A DNA stretch of 64,000 nt from an uncultured Flavobacteriales bacterium (GCA_903873905.1 CAIQQJ010000131.1:22729-86728), one strand, 5' to 3'. Positions 27,131 to 37,049 are shown, counted from the stretch's first letter. Notes: a model not told the origin generated them from the letters alone. Translations and numbers: made by a program.

Positions 27131-28051
27131 ATGAAACTATCATTCTTTAATAGCACATTTAATGCAGCAAAAACATTTTTTGTTTTTGCTGCATTTGTGG
27201 CTACAACCGGTGTCGTACGTGCACAGGACGATTCAACCGCAACAGGCCCAGAACCTGTAACAAGAACTTTTCGCGGTCCTCAATTAATCAATATGCCTAC
27301 GAATGAAATCGTAGATGGTCTGACATTCGGAATTCAACACCGTTTCGGTCAGGTAATTGATAAGGACATTGCGTATGAGTTTTTGGGAATGGATCTTACA
27401 GCAAACATGCGTTTTTCACTTGGCTACCCTATCATTAAGGAAAGATTGATGGTCGAGCTAGGAAGAACCAAATTTGGAAAGAATATGGATCTAGAGGTAA
27501 AATGGCTTGCATTGAGACAGACAACAAAAAATGAAATGCCTATTTCCCTTACGATTTATGTGGATCCATCTTTATCGATGACAAGATTCCCAAAAGTTCC
27601 GAATTATGCATATTTTGGTGATAGCACCACAGTATTTAAATATACTGCTGCTTCTCGAATGGCATATAATTCTCAAATCATTATTTCAAGGAAGTTCAGC
27701 AAGAAATTCTCCTGCGAATTAGCTCCAACTTTTATTTACAGAAATTTGGTAGAGTCTTCAACTATTGATCATTATACAATGGCTTTGCAAGCTGGTGCAC
27801 GTTACAAGTTTTCAAGAGCTGGTTCTATTATGGTAGAATATGGTCATGCATTCAACAACAGAGACACCGCGACCGCCACTAAAACGGTTGATCCTCTTTC
27901 AATAGGAGTTGAATTCGGAACTGTAGCGCACGTATTTCAGATTGTAATGAGCTCTTCCAACAATCTTCTTGCTAGAGACATTTATACAACGAATGGTGTT
28001 GCTTATACCAAAGGACTTTTTGTAGGCTTCAATTTGAAACGTTTCTTTTAA
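27131..28051 (+). CDS. hypothetical outer-membrane beta-barrel protein
   Basis: 306-aa ORF. Signal peptide ending VRAQDD. Alternating amphipathic strands. C-terminal ...LKRFF, typical of OMP barrels. Confidence 0.45.
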   Translation: MKLSFFNSTFNAAKTFFVFAAFVATTGVVRAQDDSTATGPEPVTRTFRGPQLINMPTNEIVDGLTFGIQHRFGQVIDKDIAYEFLGMDLTANMRFSLGYPIIKERLMVELGRTKFGKNMDLEVKWLALRQTTKNEMPISLTIYVDPSLSMTRFPKVPNYAYFGDSTTVFKYTAASRMAYNSQIIISRKFSKKFSCELAPTFIYRNLVESSTIDHYTMALQAGARYKFSRAGSIMVEYGHAFNNRDTATATKTVDPLSIGVEFGTVAHVFQIVMSSSNNLLARDIYTTNGVAYTKGLFVGFNLKRFF

Positions 28052-28114
28052 CCACTAATAAATTCGAATCAATTCGAATTTGTCAATGAAAAAGAACCAA
28101 CTGAATAATGACTA

Positions 28115-28576
28115 ATGAAAATGAATCTCACTATGAAAAAATTAACTTTTAGCCCTATAAAGCTCATTTCTGGAATGACCGTGATCCTTGGATTATTGTT
28201 TGTTAGCTCCTGTAAAAAAGATGTTGGGCCAATTATCATACCTCCTGCAAATGCTCCTCCAGTGAGTTTTGCCTCTGAAATTCAACCAATCTTTACCACA
28301 AATTGTGCTGTAGGTGGTTGTCACGATGGTTCTGCATATGACCCAAATCTATCAGCTGGAGTAGCTTATGTTAATACTGTGAATGTTCCTGCTCCTTCTT
28401 ACGCTCCTTATTTTTTGATAAGACCAAGCAAGGCTGACAGCTCCGTTATTTATCATAAAATGTTGAACGATGATGCAGGTACTTATGGTGGCAAAATGCC
28501 TCCTGCTGGTGTTTTACCAGCAACTCAACTTGATCTATTGAAAACCTGGATCAACCAAGGTGCATTGAATAATTAA
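28115..28576 (+). CDS. lipoprotein with a Cys-X4-Cys-His motif (putative cytochrome-c-like / metal-binding domain)
   Basis: 153-aa ORF. Lipobox LFVSSC. IQPIFTTNCAVGGCHDG resembles planctomycete-cytochrome-C-type domains but with CX4CH spacing. Confidence 0.5.
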   Translation: MKMNLTMKKLTFSPIKLISGMTVILGLLFVSSCKKDVGPIIIPPANAPPVSFASEIQPIFTTNCAVGGCHDGSAYDPNLSAGVAYVNTVNVPAPSYAPYFLIRPSKADSSVIYHKMLNDDAGTYGGKMPPAGVLPATQLDLLKTWINQGALNN

Positions 28577-28584
28577 TTGCCTTC

Positions 28585-28626
28585 ACTACAACATTGATTT
28601 TTTTAATTAAAAATCAATGTTGTAGT
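28585..28626 (+). terminator. long perfect hairpin downstream of the CX4CH lipoprotein gene
   Basis: ACTACAACATTGATTTTT-TTAATT-AAAAATCAATGTTGTAGT: 18-bp perfect arms and no clear U-tract. Could be a terminator or an RNA-processing / regulatory structure. Confidence 0.5.
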
Positions 28627-28713
28627 ATAACACAACTATTTTTGTACCGTTCAGTGATAAATCAAAGTTTGTTTCAAAATTGAAAAAATAAATAAAAACT
28701 AAAAACTAAAAAC

Positions 28714-29490
28714 ATGAGAAAAATTACACTCTTTGCTATTTCGAGTATTATTTTGGTTGTGGCTATGTCCAGTAGCGCTGGAAAAGCTGGTAAGACAGGT
28801 TCTCCAGGTGAAAGCACCTGTATGGGATGCCATGGTGACTTTCCAATAAATACAGGTGGAGGAACTATTGCGATTACCTCTAATATCCCTGGCTCTTATA
28901 TTGCTGGAACCACCTATACAGTCAGCGTTACAGTAAGCCAAACTGCAATGCCTTTGTTTGGTTTCGATTTCGAGGCACTCAATTCGGCAAATGCCAATGC
29001 TGGTACCCTTGCTGCTGGTAGCGACTCGCATATTATGATATCAGGCGGAAAAAATAACATGGTCCATTTGACAGATGGTGGTCTAACCACCGGTACTCAT
29101 ACTTTCACCTTCAACTGGACAGCTCCAAGTGCAGGTGCTGGAACAGTTACATTCTATGCTTCCGGAATTTGTGCAGATAATAGTGGAGATGAAACGGGTG
29201 ACTATGTGCATACTACATCAGTGGCTATTCCTGAAAACCCATTGAGTGTTGCTCAAAATTCTTCTGAGCCAACGCTTAATGTTTACCCAACTGTTTCTAA
29301 CGGAACTTTCACAATTCAGAATAATGTAAATTATGATTTGTCAATTTACAACGTTACTGGAGAAGAAGTTTTCGCAAAAACTGTTGATGCTAATCTTGAA
29401 ACAGTGAATCTGAATGTACCAACAGGAATGTATTTTGTGTACATCAAATCAGAAAACAAAACAACATTGAAGAAAATCATTGTTCAGTAA
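28714..29490 (+). CDS. T9SS-secreted surface protein with N-terminal CxxCH-containing domain and Por_Secre_tail C-terminal sorting domain
   Basis: 258-aa ORF. Signal peptide. CMGCHG motif. C-terminal roughly 75 aa (LNVYPTVSNGTFTI...MYFVYIKSENKTTLKKIIVQ) match the T9SS CTD pattern. Confidence 0.75.
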   Translation: MRKITLFAISSIILVVAMSSSAGKAGKTGSPGESTCMGCHGDFPINTGGGTIAITSNIPGSYIAGTTYTVSVTVSQTAMPLFGFDFEALNSANANAGTLAAGSDSHIMISGGKNNMVHLTDGGLTTGTHTFTFNWTAPSAGAGTVTFYASGICADNSGDETGDYVHTTSVAIPENPLSVAQNSSEPTLNVYPTVSNGTFTIQNNVNYDLSIYNVTGEEVFAKTVDANLETVNLNVPTGMYFVYIKSENKTTLKKIIVQ

Positions 29491-29626
29491 TTCTAAATCT
29501 TCGGTAGGATTAATAAACTATTAAATTATTAAGCAGCCGAGTGCAAAATAAATTCATTAGCATTTAGCGCAAAAAGCTTCTTGCCAAATGAAAACTTAAG
29601 AAGTGCTGATTTAAAAATCAAAAAAA

Positions 29627-29658
29627 AGATTCCGGGGTTTCCGGAATCTTTTTTTTTG
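29627..29658. terminator. rho-independent terminator
   Basis: AGATTCCGG-GGTTT-CCGGAATCT stem plus TTTTTTTTT, with an upstream A-run (bidirectional potential). Confidence 0.7.
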
Positions 29659-29986
29659 TAAGTTTTATCATTAAAAAAATGCCCAAAACAATCGTGGTTC
29701 ATTGGCAAATCGGAGTTGGAAAACGAAAAATGAAAGTCGTTTTAATTTTCGGTTCTTGACAATCAAAATCTAAAAAATCTCTATGTTCCCTTTTTGATTT
29801 TTTTAGCCATTTCCACAAAGAACGTTTAATCAATAAAACACTGGTTTTCCAAGGCGGTTATTCTTCTTGTATAAATCCTATTGCTGTGGAATGCAATTCT
29901 GCAGAACCAAATTCCCCTTGTGGATTTACTCCGCAAAAAAATCATCTGAAAAAGTTCACCCATATTGGGCTCCATTGACCTTTTTG

Positions 29987-30076
29987 CAGTATGATCTATA
30001 TCACTGAGAACAATCATGATCTCGTCTGTACTGAATCATAGTTTGAAAATGATTATCAGTGGAAATTTGTTTCGGT
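29987..30076 (+). promoter_or_regulatory. conserved about 90-nt promoter/leader element, copy B
   Basis: Paralogue of 23001-23090. Directly upstream of the 940-aa T9SS/SprB-repeat protein gene. Confidence 0.6.
29992..30003. promoter_or_regulatory. FNR/Crp-type box TGATCTATATCA at the head of conserved leader element B
   Basis: TGAT-N4-ATCA, followed about 36 nt later by CATAGTTTG. 134 bp upstream of the 940-aa T9SS protein gene. Confidence 0.55.
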
Positions 30077-30136
30077 TATTAATTCAAAAGTCAATCAAAA
30101 TAAATCAAAAATCAATCTGTTTAAACTCTACCAATT

Positions 30137-32959
30137 ATGAAAAAATTAATCGTTGCATCTACAGCTTTTGCAGCTCTTCTGCTGATAGCTTTCGGCTCAA
30201 TGACTCAACAAGCTGATGCGAGAAGTAAAAAAACACCTCCCTCTGGCTATTCTGGCGGTCCTGGAGATGGCCCTGGTGGCAGAACATGTTGGACCGGCTG
30301 TCACAACAACTACAGTCAAGCCTTCAACAAACCTGGTTGGATCACTTCTGATATTCCCGTTACAGGATATGTACCAGGAGCAACTTACAACATCACCATT
30401 CACAGCAATTCTAAAGGATACAGACACGGTTTTGAGGCAAGTTGCCAAACCAATGCTGGTGTATTCCAAGGAACATTAATTGGCAACGATTCCACTCAGG
30501 TAATTGTTGACCCTACTGTTACTAGCAAACAATGGATTGCACAAATGGATTCCATGCGCGCTTTGTCTATGGTACCTCCAGTTTCAACCAGTCTTGGTTA
30601 TCATGGTAATGGAAATGCTTCAGTTACTTTCAACACCAAAGCATGGACATTTAAGTGGGTTGCTCCATCAGCAGGAACAGGCGATGTTACTTTCTACATG
30701 GCGACTGTAGCAACCAACAACAATAATGACGACCATGCAGCTCCTTACCAACAAACATCTTGGGCTGGTGATTCCGTGTTTAGTTCAACTCTTCCTCTCT
30801 TTGAAAATACAACATTAAGCATCGGAAGTGTTACAAAACCATGTAATGGAAATAACGGTTCTGCAACTGTAAATGCTACTTATGGAACTGCACCATATAC
30901 CTATTCTTGGAATTCATCACCTGTGCAAACAACACAAACAGCAACCAACCTTGGAGCTGGAACTTATACAGTTGTTGTAACAGACGCATTGTCATCCGTT
31001 AAAACATTGACTTTTACATTACAAAACAAGATAAAAGCAATTATCAACGACCAAAACATTCCAGTATGTAATAATGGAACAATCACCCATACAGTAGTTC
31101 CAATTGGAACAGGTCCTTTCACTTATTTGTGGGCACCTTCTGGTGGAACAGCTGCTATTTCAACAGCTTTGGCTGCTGGTACATATTCAGTAACAGTAAC
31201 AGATGCGGCTACTTGCGCAACTACATTAACAGTTACCACAACAAACAACCCTCCAATGCACATTTGGTTTTTCGATTGGCAGGACAGTGCTGTAACACGC
31301 AATGGTGGTGCAAATGGTTATGCTAAAATACAACGTGAGTTTGCTCCAAGTGGATCAGTTTACACTTATGCATGGAATCCAGCAATTGGTATTCAAGGAC
31401 AATTCCAAGATAGTTTGACTGCACAAACCTACACTTGCACAGTAACAAACACCCATTCTGTTTGTCCAACACAGGTTGTTGCAGCTACAGTTACAATTAC
31501 ACAACCAACTGTACTTACTGCATCTGTTACTGCTTCAAACAATGGATGCAATAGCGCGAATAGCGGTTCTGCAACAGTCACTGCTGCTGGAGGAACTCCA
31601 CCTTACACTTATCTATGGAGTAATGGTCAAACTTCAGCTACAGCAACAGGTTTAGCTCCTGGAACGTATACTTGTACCATTACACACAGAGGTGTTTATG
31701 CAACATCACAAGATGTACCTGCACTACAACGTGCGGTTTCTGCTGTCGGTTCTTGGTCTATTACTAAAACTGTAACTATTTCTGCTCTTTCTGCAAGTAT
31801 TGCTCCTCCAACAAATCCAACATGTTTTGGTGGAACAGGAAGCGCTACTGTAACTCCAGTAGGCGGAACAGCACCATACACTTACTTGTGGAGTCCTTCA
31901 GGCGGAACAGCTGCAACAGCAACTGGTCTAGCTGCAGGTTCTTACACTTGTACAATCACTGATGCAAATGGATGTGTTGTTTCTGCAAACAGAACTTTGG
32001 TTCAACCAGGAGCACTTCTTGGATCTGCATCAACAGTTAGTCCTTTATGCAATGGAGACAACAACGGATCTGCAACAGTTGTTGCAGGTGGCGGAACTCC
32101 AACATACACTTACCTATGGGCACCTTCAGGAGCAACAACCGCAACTTCAAGCGGACTTGTAGCAGGTTCTTACACTTGCACAATCACTGATGCTTACGGA
32201 TGTACAACAGCTGTAAATACAACTGTGGCTGAACCAGGAGTTCTTGTTGGATCAGGATCAACTGTTAGTCCTTTATGTAATGGTGGAAATGGAACTGCAA
32301 CAGTTTATGCTGGTGGCGGAAATCCTTTGTACACTTACCTATGGGCACCTTCAGGCGGAACAGCTGCAACAACAACTGCAGTTCCTGCAGCAACATACAC
32401 TTGCACAATCACTGATGCAAACGGCTGTACAACTACTGTAAGCAATACAATCAATGAGCCTGCAGCTTTGACAACATTAATGGGAACTACAAGTGAGTAT
32501 TTCGCAGCTAATGGAACTGCAACAGCATATCCTTCAGGTGGAACAGCTCCATATTCATTCTTATGGGCTCCAACAGGTGGAACTGCACAAGTTGCATCAG
32601 GTCTTGTTGCCGGAACATACTCTGTAACAGTTACAGACGTAAATGGTTGCACAGTTACTAATTCAGTAGTTGTTACTTCTGTTGTTGGTGTATCTTCAAT
32701 TGATGCAGACAACTCTATCAATGTATTCCCAAATCCAAACTCTGGTGAATTTGATATGGTTTTGAATGCTACTGAAAATACCAATTACACAATTGTACTT
32801 ACAAACGTACTTGGACAAGTTGTTTACACTGAAACGCTTGAAAACTTCAGCGGAAACTACACCAAACACTTTGATGTAAATTCAAATGGTAAAGGTGTTT
32901 ATCTGATGAGCGTACGCAGTGCAAATCATCAAGTTGTTCGCAAGATTGTTGTTTACTAG
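30137..32959 (+). CDS. large T9SS-secreted adhesin-like protein: N-terminal CX3CH domain, about 8 SprB-type repeats, and Por_Secre_tail CTD
   Basis: 940-aa ORF. Signal peptide. CWTGCH motif. The N-domain is homologous to that of the 28714..29490 product (shared ...W(T/V)APSAG(A/T)G(T/D)VTFY...). Repeats GGT.PYTYLW.PSGGT...GL.AG.YTCTITDANGC. CTD ...VFPNPNSGEF...KIVVY. Confidence 0.85.
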   Translation: MKKLIVASTAFAALLLIAFGSMTQQADARSKKTPPSGYSGGPGDGPGGRTCWTGCHNNYSQAFNKPGWITSDIPVTGYVPGATYNITIHSNSKGYRHGFEASCQTNAGVFQGTLIGNDSTQVIVDPTVTSKQWIAQMDSMRALSMVPPVSTSLGYHGNGNASVTFNTKAWTFKWVAPSAGTGDVTFYMATVATNNNNDDHAAPYQQTSWAGDSVFSSTLPLFENTTLSIGSVTKPCNGNNGSATVNATYGTAPYTYSWNSSPVQTTQTATNLGAGTYTVVVTDALSSVKTLTFTLQNKIKAIINDQNIPVCNNGTITHTVVPIGTGPFTYLWAPSGGTAAISTALAAGTYSVTVTDAATCATTLTVTTTNNPPMHIWFFDWQDSAVTRNGGANGYAKIQREFAPSGSVYTYAWNPAIGIQGQFQDSLTAQTYTCTVTNTHSVCPTQVVAATVTITQPTVLTASVTASNNGCNSANSGSATVTAAGGTPPYTYLWSNGQTSATATGLAPGTYTCTITHRGVYATSQDVPALQRAVSAVGSWSITKTVTISALSASIAPPTNPTCFGGTGSATVTPVGGTAPYTYLWSPSGGTAATATGLAAGSYTCTITDANGCVVSANRTLVQPGALLGSASTVSPLCNGDNNGSATVVAGGGTPTYTYLWAPSGATTATSSGLVAGSYTCTITDAYGCTTAVNTTVAEPGVLVGSGSTVSPLCNGGNGTATVYAGGGNPLYTYLWAPSGGTAATTTAVPAATYTCTITDANGCTTTVSNTINEPAALTTLMGTTSEYFAANGTATAYPSGGTAPYSFLWAPTGGTAQVASGLVAGTYSVTVTDVNGCTVTNSVVVTSVVGVSSIDADNSINVFPNPNSGEFDMVLNATENTNYTIVLTNVLGQVVYTETLENFSGNYTKHFDVNSNGKGVYLMSVRSANHQVVRKIVVY
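30842..32702 (+). repeat. in-frame array of about 8 SprB-type repeats (roughly 80-90 aa each) inside the 940-aa T9SS protein gene
   Basis: Recurring NG.NGSATV.A.GGT.PYTYLW.PSGGT.A...GL.AG.YTCTITDANGC at the protein level, with matching nucleotide periodicity. Confidence 0.75.
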
Positions 32960-33012
32960 AATCATTTTCTGAATACAGAAAAATGAATTTAGATTGAGTT
33001 AGTCAAATTTTA

Positions 33013-33053
33013 AAAGAGGGATGGTTTCAAAATGAAGCCATCCCTCTTTTTTT
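33013..33053 (+). terminator. rho-independent terminator of the 940-aa T9SS protein gene
   Basis: AAGAGGGATGG-loop-CCATCCCTCTT followed by TTTTTTTG. Confidence 0.8.
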
Positions 33054-33221
33054 GTGCTCAATTGTTTTGCAAACCGGCAAAGCGTTTTTCCCTTTCCTCT
33101 TTTTCGGCAATAAAAATTGATTTGCTAAGTTTTGCATCATTACGAATACAAGCAAACACCATCTCAAAGTCATTTCCACCATGAAAAGTCAAAAAATGGG
33201 TGATATTCTGTTGCCCATTGT

Positions 33222-33235
33222 ATGATTTAAATCAT
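33222..33235. promoter_or_regulatory. FNR/Crp-type box ATGATTTAAATCAT
   Basis: Third copy of the identical 14-bp palindrome. Lies between the T9SS gene terminator and the small minus-strand ORF / RIC gene. Confidence 0.5.
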
Positions 33236-33368
33236 TTTTAACGGCTCTATTACAACTGACCTTTATGCGACAAAAGGATGGGAATGTAGCGCATGAAGCA
33301 TTTGGTGAAAATTCTATACAAGAAGATTTATTGAAAATGATTTAGGAAGGAAGAAGAACAGTATGAAA

Positions 33369-33554
33369 TTAATTCATTGATGAAATAATCATACCCAACA
33401 TTGCAATTCCACAGGCAAATGAAACAAGAATAAGAATTAAACCTTTTCGAGTGTTTTCTCGCTCACCTCTCAAACCACGACGAATGAGCAATCCCATTAT
33501 TAGGGCAGCAAATAACCAACCGATACCGAATAACACACATTGAAAAGTATTCAT
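33369..33554 (-). CDS. small two-TM membrane protein (hypothetical)
   Basis: 61-aa ORF from the internal Met of the 83-aa ORF-track ORF. Two hydrophobic helices. Existence uncertain. Confidence 0.3.
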   Translation of the reverse strand: MNTFQCVLFGIGWLFAALIMGLLIRRGLRGERENTRKGLILILVSFACGIAMLGMIISSMN

Positions 33555-33667
33555 AACATCAAATTTGAAAAACAAAAATAATTTTCTCCATTGTCGAAAA
33601 CTATGAGATAAAACACACAATCGATTTTAAACAAAACATTAAAACCAATCACTAATAATTTTACCAC

Positions 33668-34618
33668 ATGAAAACTTTAGATATTCTTGACGTTACAATT
33701 CTTGAACCGAAGCTCAAACACCCAACCATTTTCAAAAAATTCGACACACTTGCAGCAGGTGAATTTTTTGTCATTCATAATGACCATGATCCTAAGCCAC
33801 TCTATTATCAATTGCTGGCAGAGCGTGGAAATATTTTCAATTGGGAATATCTTGAAGCAGGTCCAGAATGGTGGAATGTGAGAATTGGAAAATTGGAGGC
33901 TGGTGCAATAGAACCAACCATCGGTGATTTGGTTACAAAAGATTTTCGCAAGGCGCAAGTCTTCAAAAAATTCGGTCTTGACTTTTGTTGTGGCGGTAAA
34001 AAAACATTGGGAAAAGCATGTGCTGAAAAAGGAATTGACATTGTCCAACTTGAAAAGGAATTGAATGAAGTTGAAAACACAGCTAAATCCTCATCGCAAG
34101 ATTACGCTTCTTGGGATCTTGATTTTCTAGTCGATTACATAGTGAATACACATCACAAATATGTTGTCCGTTCTATGCCTGCGATTGTAGAATACACACA
34201 AAAAGTTGCGCGTGTTCATGGCATGAACCATCCTGAAGCAGTGGTAATCGCAAATGAATTTTTAAAAGTGCAAAGTGATTTAGACAGTCATATGGCGAAG
34301 GAAGAAAACATTCTTTTCCCTTATATCAAACAATTGGTAGAAACACAAAAAAGCAAATCGACATTAGGTGGGTCTGCTTTCGGGTCTATTCAAAGTCCGA
34401 TCAACATGATGGAAATGGAACATGAATTAGTTGGAGGAATCATGGCACACATTCGTGAACTCACAAATAATTTCACTCCACCTGCTGATGCCTGCACCAC
34501 TTACAGATTATCCTATGCATCGCTAAATGAATTTGAAGAAGATCTTCATCAACACATTCATTTGGAAAACAATATTCTTTTCCCAAAAGCAATAAAATTG
34601 GAACAGGAATTACGCTAA
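33668..34618 (+). CDS. iron-sulfur cluster repair di-iron protein (RIC/ScdA/YtfE family) with N-terminal DUF2249-like domain
   Basis: 316-aa ORF. ScdA_N motif FGLDFCCGGKKTLGKAC. Hemerythrin-like His/Glu repeats (HHKYV..., HELVGG..., HQHIHLENNILFP). Confidence 0.75.
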   Translation: MKTLDILDVTILEPKLKHPTIFKKFDTLAAGEFFVIHNDHDPKPLYYQLLAERGNIFNWEYLEAGPEWWNVRIGKLEAGAIEPTIGDLVTKDFRKAQVFKKFGLDFCCGGKKTLGKACAEKGIDIVQLEKELNEVENTAKSSSQDYASWDLDFLVDYIVNTHHKYVVRSMPAIVEYTQKVARVHGMNHPEAVVIANEFLKVQSDLDSHMAKEENILFPYIKQLVETQKSKSTLGGSAFGSIQSPINMMEMEHELVGGIMAHIRELTNNFTPPADACTTYRLSYASLNEFEEDLHQHIHLENNILFPKAIKLEQELR

Positions 34619-34624
34619 GCATAA

Positions 34625-35431
34625 ATGAAAATTTCCGCGTCGACAAAAATATCGGCACTGCTAAAATTCAATCCAGCTTCCCTGGAAGCAATTGTTTCCA
34701 TTAACAAACATTTCGAAAAGCTGAGAAATCCTGTTTTACGAAAAGTTCTTGCGTCGCGCGTCACAATTGCTGAGGCTGCAAAAATTGGAAAATGCAGTAT
34801 TGATATTTTTTTCGATAAACTAAAAGCGATTGGATTTGAAATAGAAAACAATCGTGATAAAATAAATATGAAAATGAATCCTATTCCTGAATTTGTAAAT
34901 ACATCCACTGAATCCAACACAACAGAACTTGATGTTCGAGAGGAAATTCGTAATGGACGCGATCCTTTTCAGATCATCATGAAAGCCATTGATGAGCTTC
35001 CGGAAAATTTTACGTTGTTGCTTATCAATTCCTTCGAGCCTGTTCCGCTGATCAAGATTTTAAACAACAAAGGTTTTTTGCATTTTGTAAAATACCAGGA
35101 GGATGGAGCTGTTTATACTTACCTGAAAAAGCAGGACGCAAATTCTCCTATGAAAATTGAAATTCCCGTAAATGATTCTTCGTCCGAATTCATTTCATTG
35201 TTCAAACAGTATTGCGGTAAACTAAAAACGATTGACGTAAGGAATCTGGAAATGCCATTACCCATGACAACGATTCTTGGAGAACTTGAAAGCCTGCCAA
35301 ATGACATGGCGCTGTTTGTTCATCACAAAAAAGTTCCTCAGTTTTTATTTCCAGAATTACAGGAAAGAAATTTCAAATGGTCAATAGAAGAAAAAACTGC
35401 GGATGAAGTTGATTTATTAATTTACAAATAA
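34625..35431 (+). CDS. DUF1858/DUF2249-type domain protein (NO-response-associated, function unknown)
   Basis: 268-aa ORF. N-terminal ISALLKFNPASLEAIVSINKHFEKLRNPVLRKVL resembles DUF1858. Central VREEIRNGRDPFQIIMKAIDELP resembles DUF2249. Confidence 0.5.
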   Translation: MKISASTKISALLKFNPASLEAIVSINKHFEKLRNPVLRKVLASRVTIAEAAKIGKCSIDIFFDKLKAIGFEIENNRDKINMKMNPIPEFVNTSTESNTTELDVREEIRNGRDPFQIIMKAIDELPENFTLLLINSFEPVPLIKILNNKGFLHFVKYQEDGAVYTYLKKQDANSPMKIEIPVNDSSSEFISLFKQYCGKLKTIDVRNLEMPLPMTTILGELESLPNDMALFVHHKKVPQFLFPELQERNFKWSIEEKTADEVDLLIYK

Positions 35432-36720
35432 TGCAAGGCAAGGGAACAACGAAAGGGCCATCACCGAGTGTTGTTCTCCCCCACTTTATTTTCGGGGCGC
35501 TTTCATTTTTCATTGTGACACTTCTGCTTGTACTTTCACCAGAGATTTTTTCCGGGCATTATTTCCAGCCAAAACTTTTAACAATCACACACATCAGCAT
35601 TTTGGGTTGGGGCGTAATGATCATTTTCGGTTCCATCTATCAGCTGTTGCCTGTGTTGTTGGAAACACCATTGTATAGTGAAGCACTGGCGAAAATCACA
35701 TTCCTCGCGCTAGCAACAGGAATACTATTGATTGCCTATTCCTTTTGGAATTTTTATGTGGGAATTCAACTTGAAATTGCTTCTGGATTTCTCTTGACAT
35801 CCTTCATACTTTTTTCGATCAACATTTTCACTACTGTTCGCAGATCAAAAAAGAATTCCAACGAAAGTGATTTTATTTCCACTGCGGTGATTTGGCTTTT
35901 ATTTACGGGAAGTCTTGGTTTATTAATGGCTTGTAATTTTACACATCCTTTTCTCACCAAATCTCATTTGTTGTTTTTGAAAATCCACGCGCACATGGGA
36001 ATTGCGGGTTGGTTTATTTTATTGATCATGGGAGTGGCTTCAAAATTAATTCCCATGTTTTTACTTTCGCAAAACCTAAATCAGAAAAAACTTACTGCTG
36101 CTTATTATTTTGTCAATGCAGGCCTGATTGGATTTATCGTTGACCAATTCTTTTTTGAAGGAAGTATTATTTCACCGCTATTTGCACTACTAATCATTAG
36201 TGGTGTTTTATGTTTCATTTCATTCACCTTCGAAGCTTACAAAAAAAGAGTTCGAAAGATTCTGGACATTGGATTGAAACACTCCTTCACAGCGATTCTT
36301 GTTTTATTCCTACCCCTTATTCTGGGTGGCATTCTAAGTTTCATTCATTCACCTGACAGCCCATTTCTATTAAGAATTTATCTGATTTACGGAACCTCCA
36401 TTTTTCTTGGATTTATTTCTTCCTTGATTTTGGGACAATCCTTTAAGACGCTTCCCTTTATTGTGTGGTTGCACAAACATGGAAATAATGCGGGAGGTGG
36501 AAAAGCTCCTTTACCGAAAGATTTTTATTCTGAAAAATTAGCACAAGCCCAATTCGTAATTTACCTTGTGGCACTTACAACGCTACTTACCGGAATATTA
36601 TTTGCAATTCCTACAGTGATAAGAATAGGTTCAATACTTTTGCTTGTAACTGCAATGCTCTATAATCTCAATATCTTTAAGATTATTTTCATAAACGCCA
36701 AATCATCAAAATTAATTTAG
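35431..36720 (+). CDS. nnrS: polytopic membrane protein, NnrS-like (NO-responsive heme-copper membrane protein family)
   Basis: 429-aa ORF with about 12 TM helices and conserved His in TMs. Sits among NO-stress genes (RIC, DUF1858, norCB), the usual context for NnrS. The family call rests mainly on topology and context. Confidence 0.45.
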   Translation: MQGKGTTKGPSPSVVLPHFIFGALSFFIVTLLLVLSPEIFSGHYFQPKLLTITHISILGWGVMIIFGSIYQLLPVLLETPLYSEALAKITFLALATGILLIAYSFWNFYVGIQLEIASGFLLTSFILFSINIFTTVRRSKKNSNESDFISTAVIWLLFTGSLGLLMACNFTHPFLTKSHLLFLKIHAHMGIAGWFILLIMGVASKLIPMFLLSQNLNQKKLTAAYYFVNAGLIGFIVDQFFFEGSIISPLFALLIISGVLCFISFTFEAYKKRVRKILDIGLKHSFTAILVLFLPLILGGILSFIHSPDSPFLLRIYLIYGTSIFLGFISSLILGQSFKTLPFIVWLHKHGNNAGGGKAPLPKDFYSEKLAQAQFVIYLVALTTLLTGILFAIPTVIRIGSILLLVTAMLYNLNIFKIIFINAKSSKLI

Positions 36721-37041
36721 ATGGGAATTTTCAACGAAGAGAATGAAATAGAATCAAAAACTTACGATGCTTTGAAAAAAGTTATTGATCCTGAAATTGG
36801 AATCAACATTGTTGACCTCGGACTCGTTTATAAAATCGAATACAAAGTTGAAAGTGGAATAAGCGTTGAGATGACACTTTCCACTCCTGGTTGTCCAATG
36901 GGTGATGCCATAATAGGAAATGCAGAAAGTGAAATAAAAAATGTTTTTCCTGATGAAAAAATAACGGTTGAACTTGTTTGGGAACCTGCTTGGAAAACTG
37001 ACTTTGTATCTGAGGCAGGAAAGAAAGCTTTGGGAATGTAA
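36721..37041 (+). CDS. DUF59/MIP18-family Fe-S cluster assembly protein (SufT-like)
   Basis: 106-aa ORF. ...IVDLGLVY... and conserved Cys in TPGCPMG, typical of DUF59. Confidence 0.7.
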   Translation: MGIFNEENEIESKTYDALKKVIDPEIGINIVDLGLVYKIEYKVESGISVEMTLSTPGCPMGDAIIGNAESEIKNVFPDEKITVELVWEPAWKTDFVSEAGKKALGM

Positions 37042-37049
37042 TCTTAATA

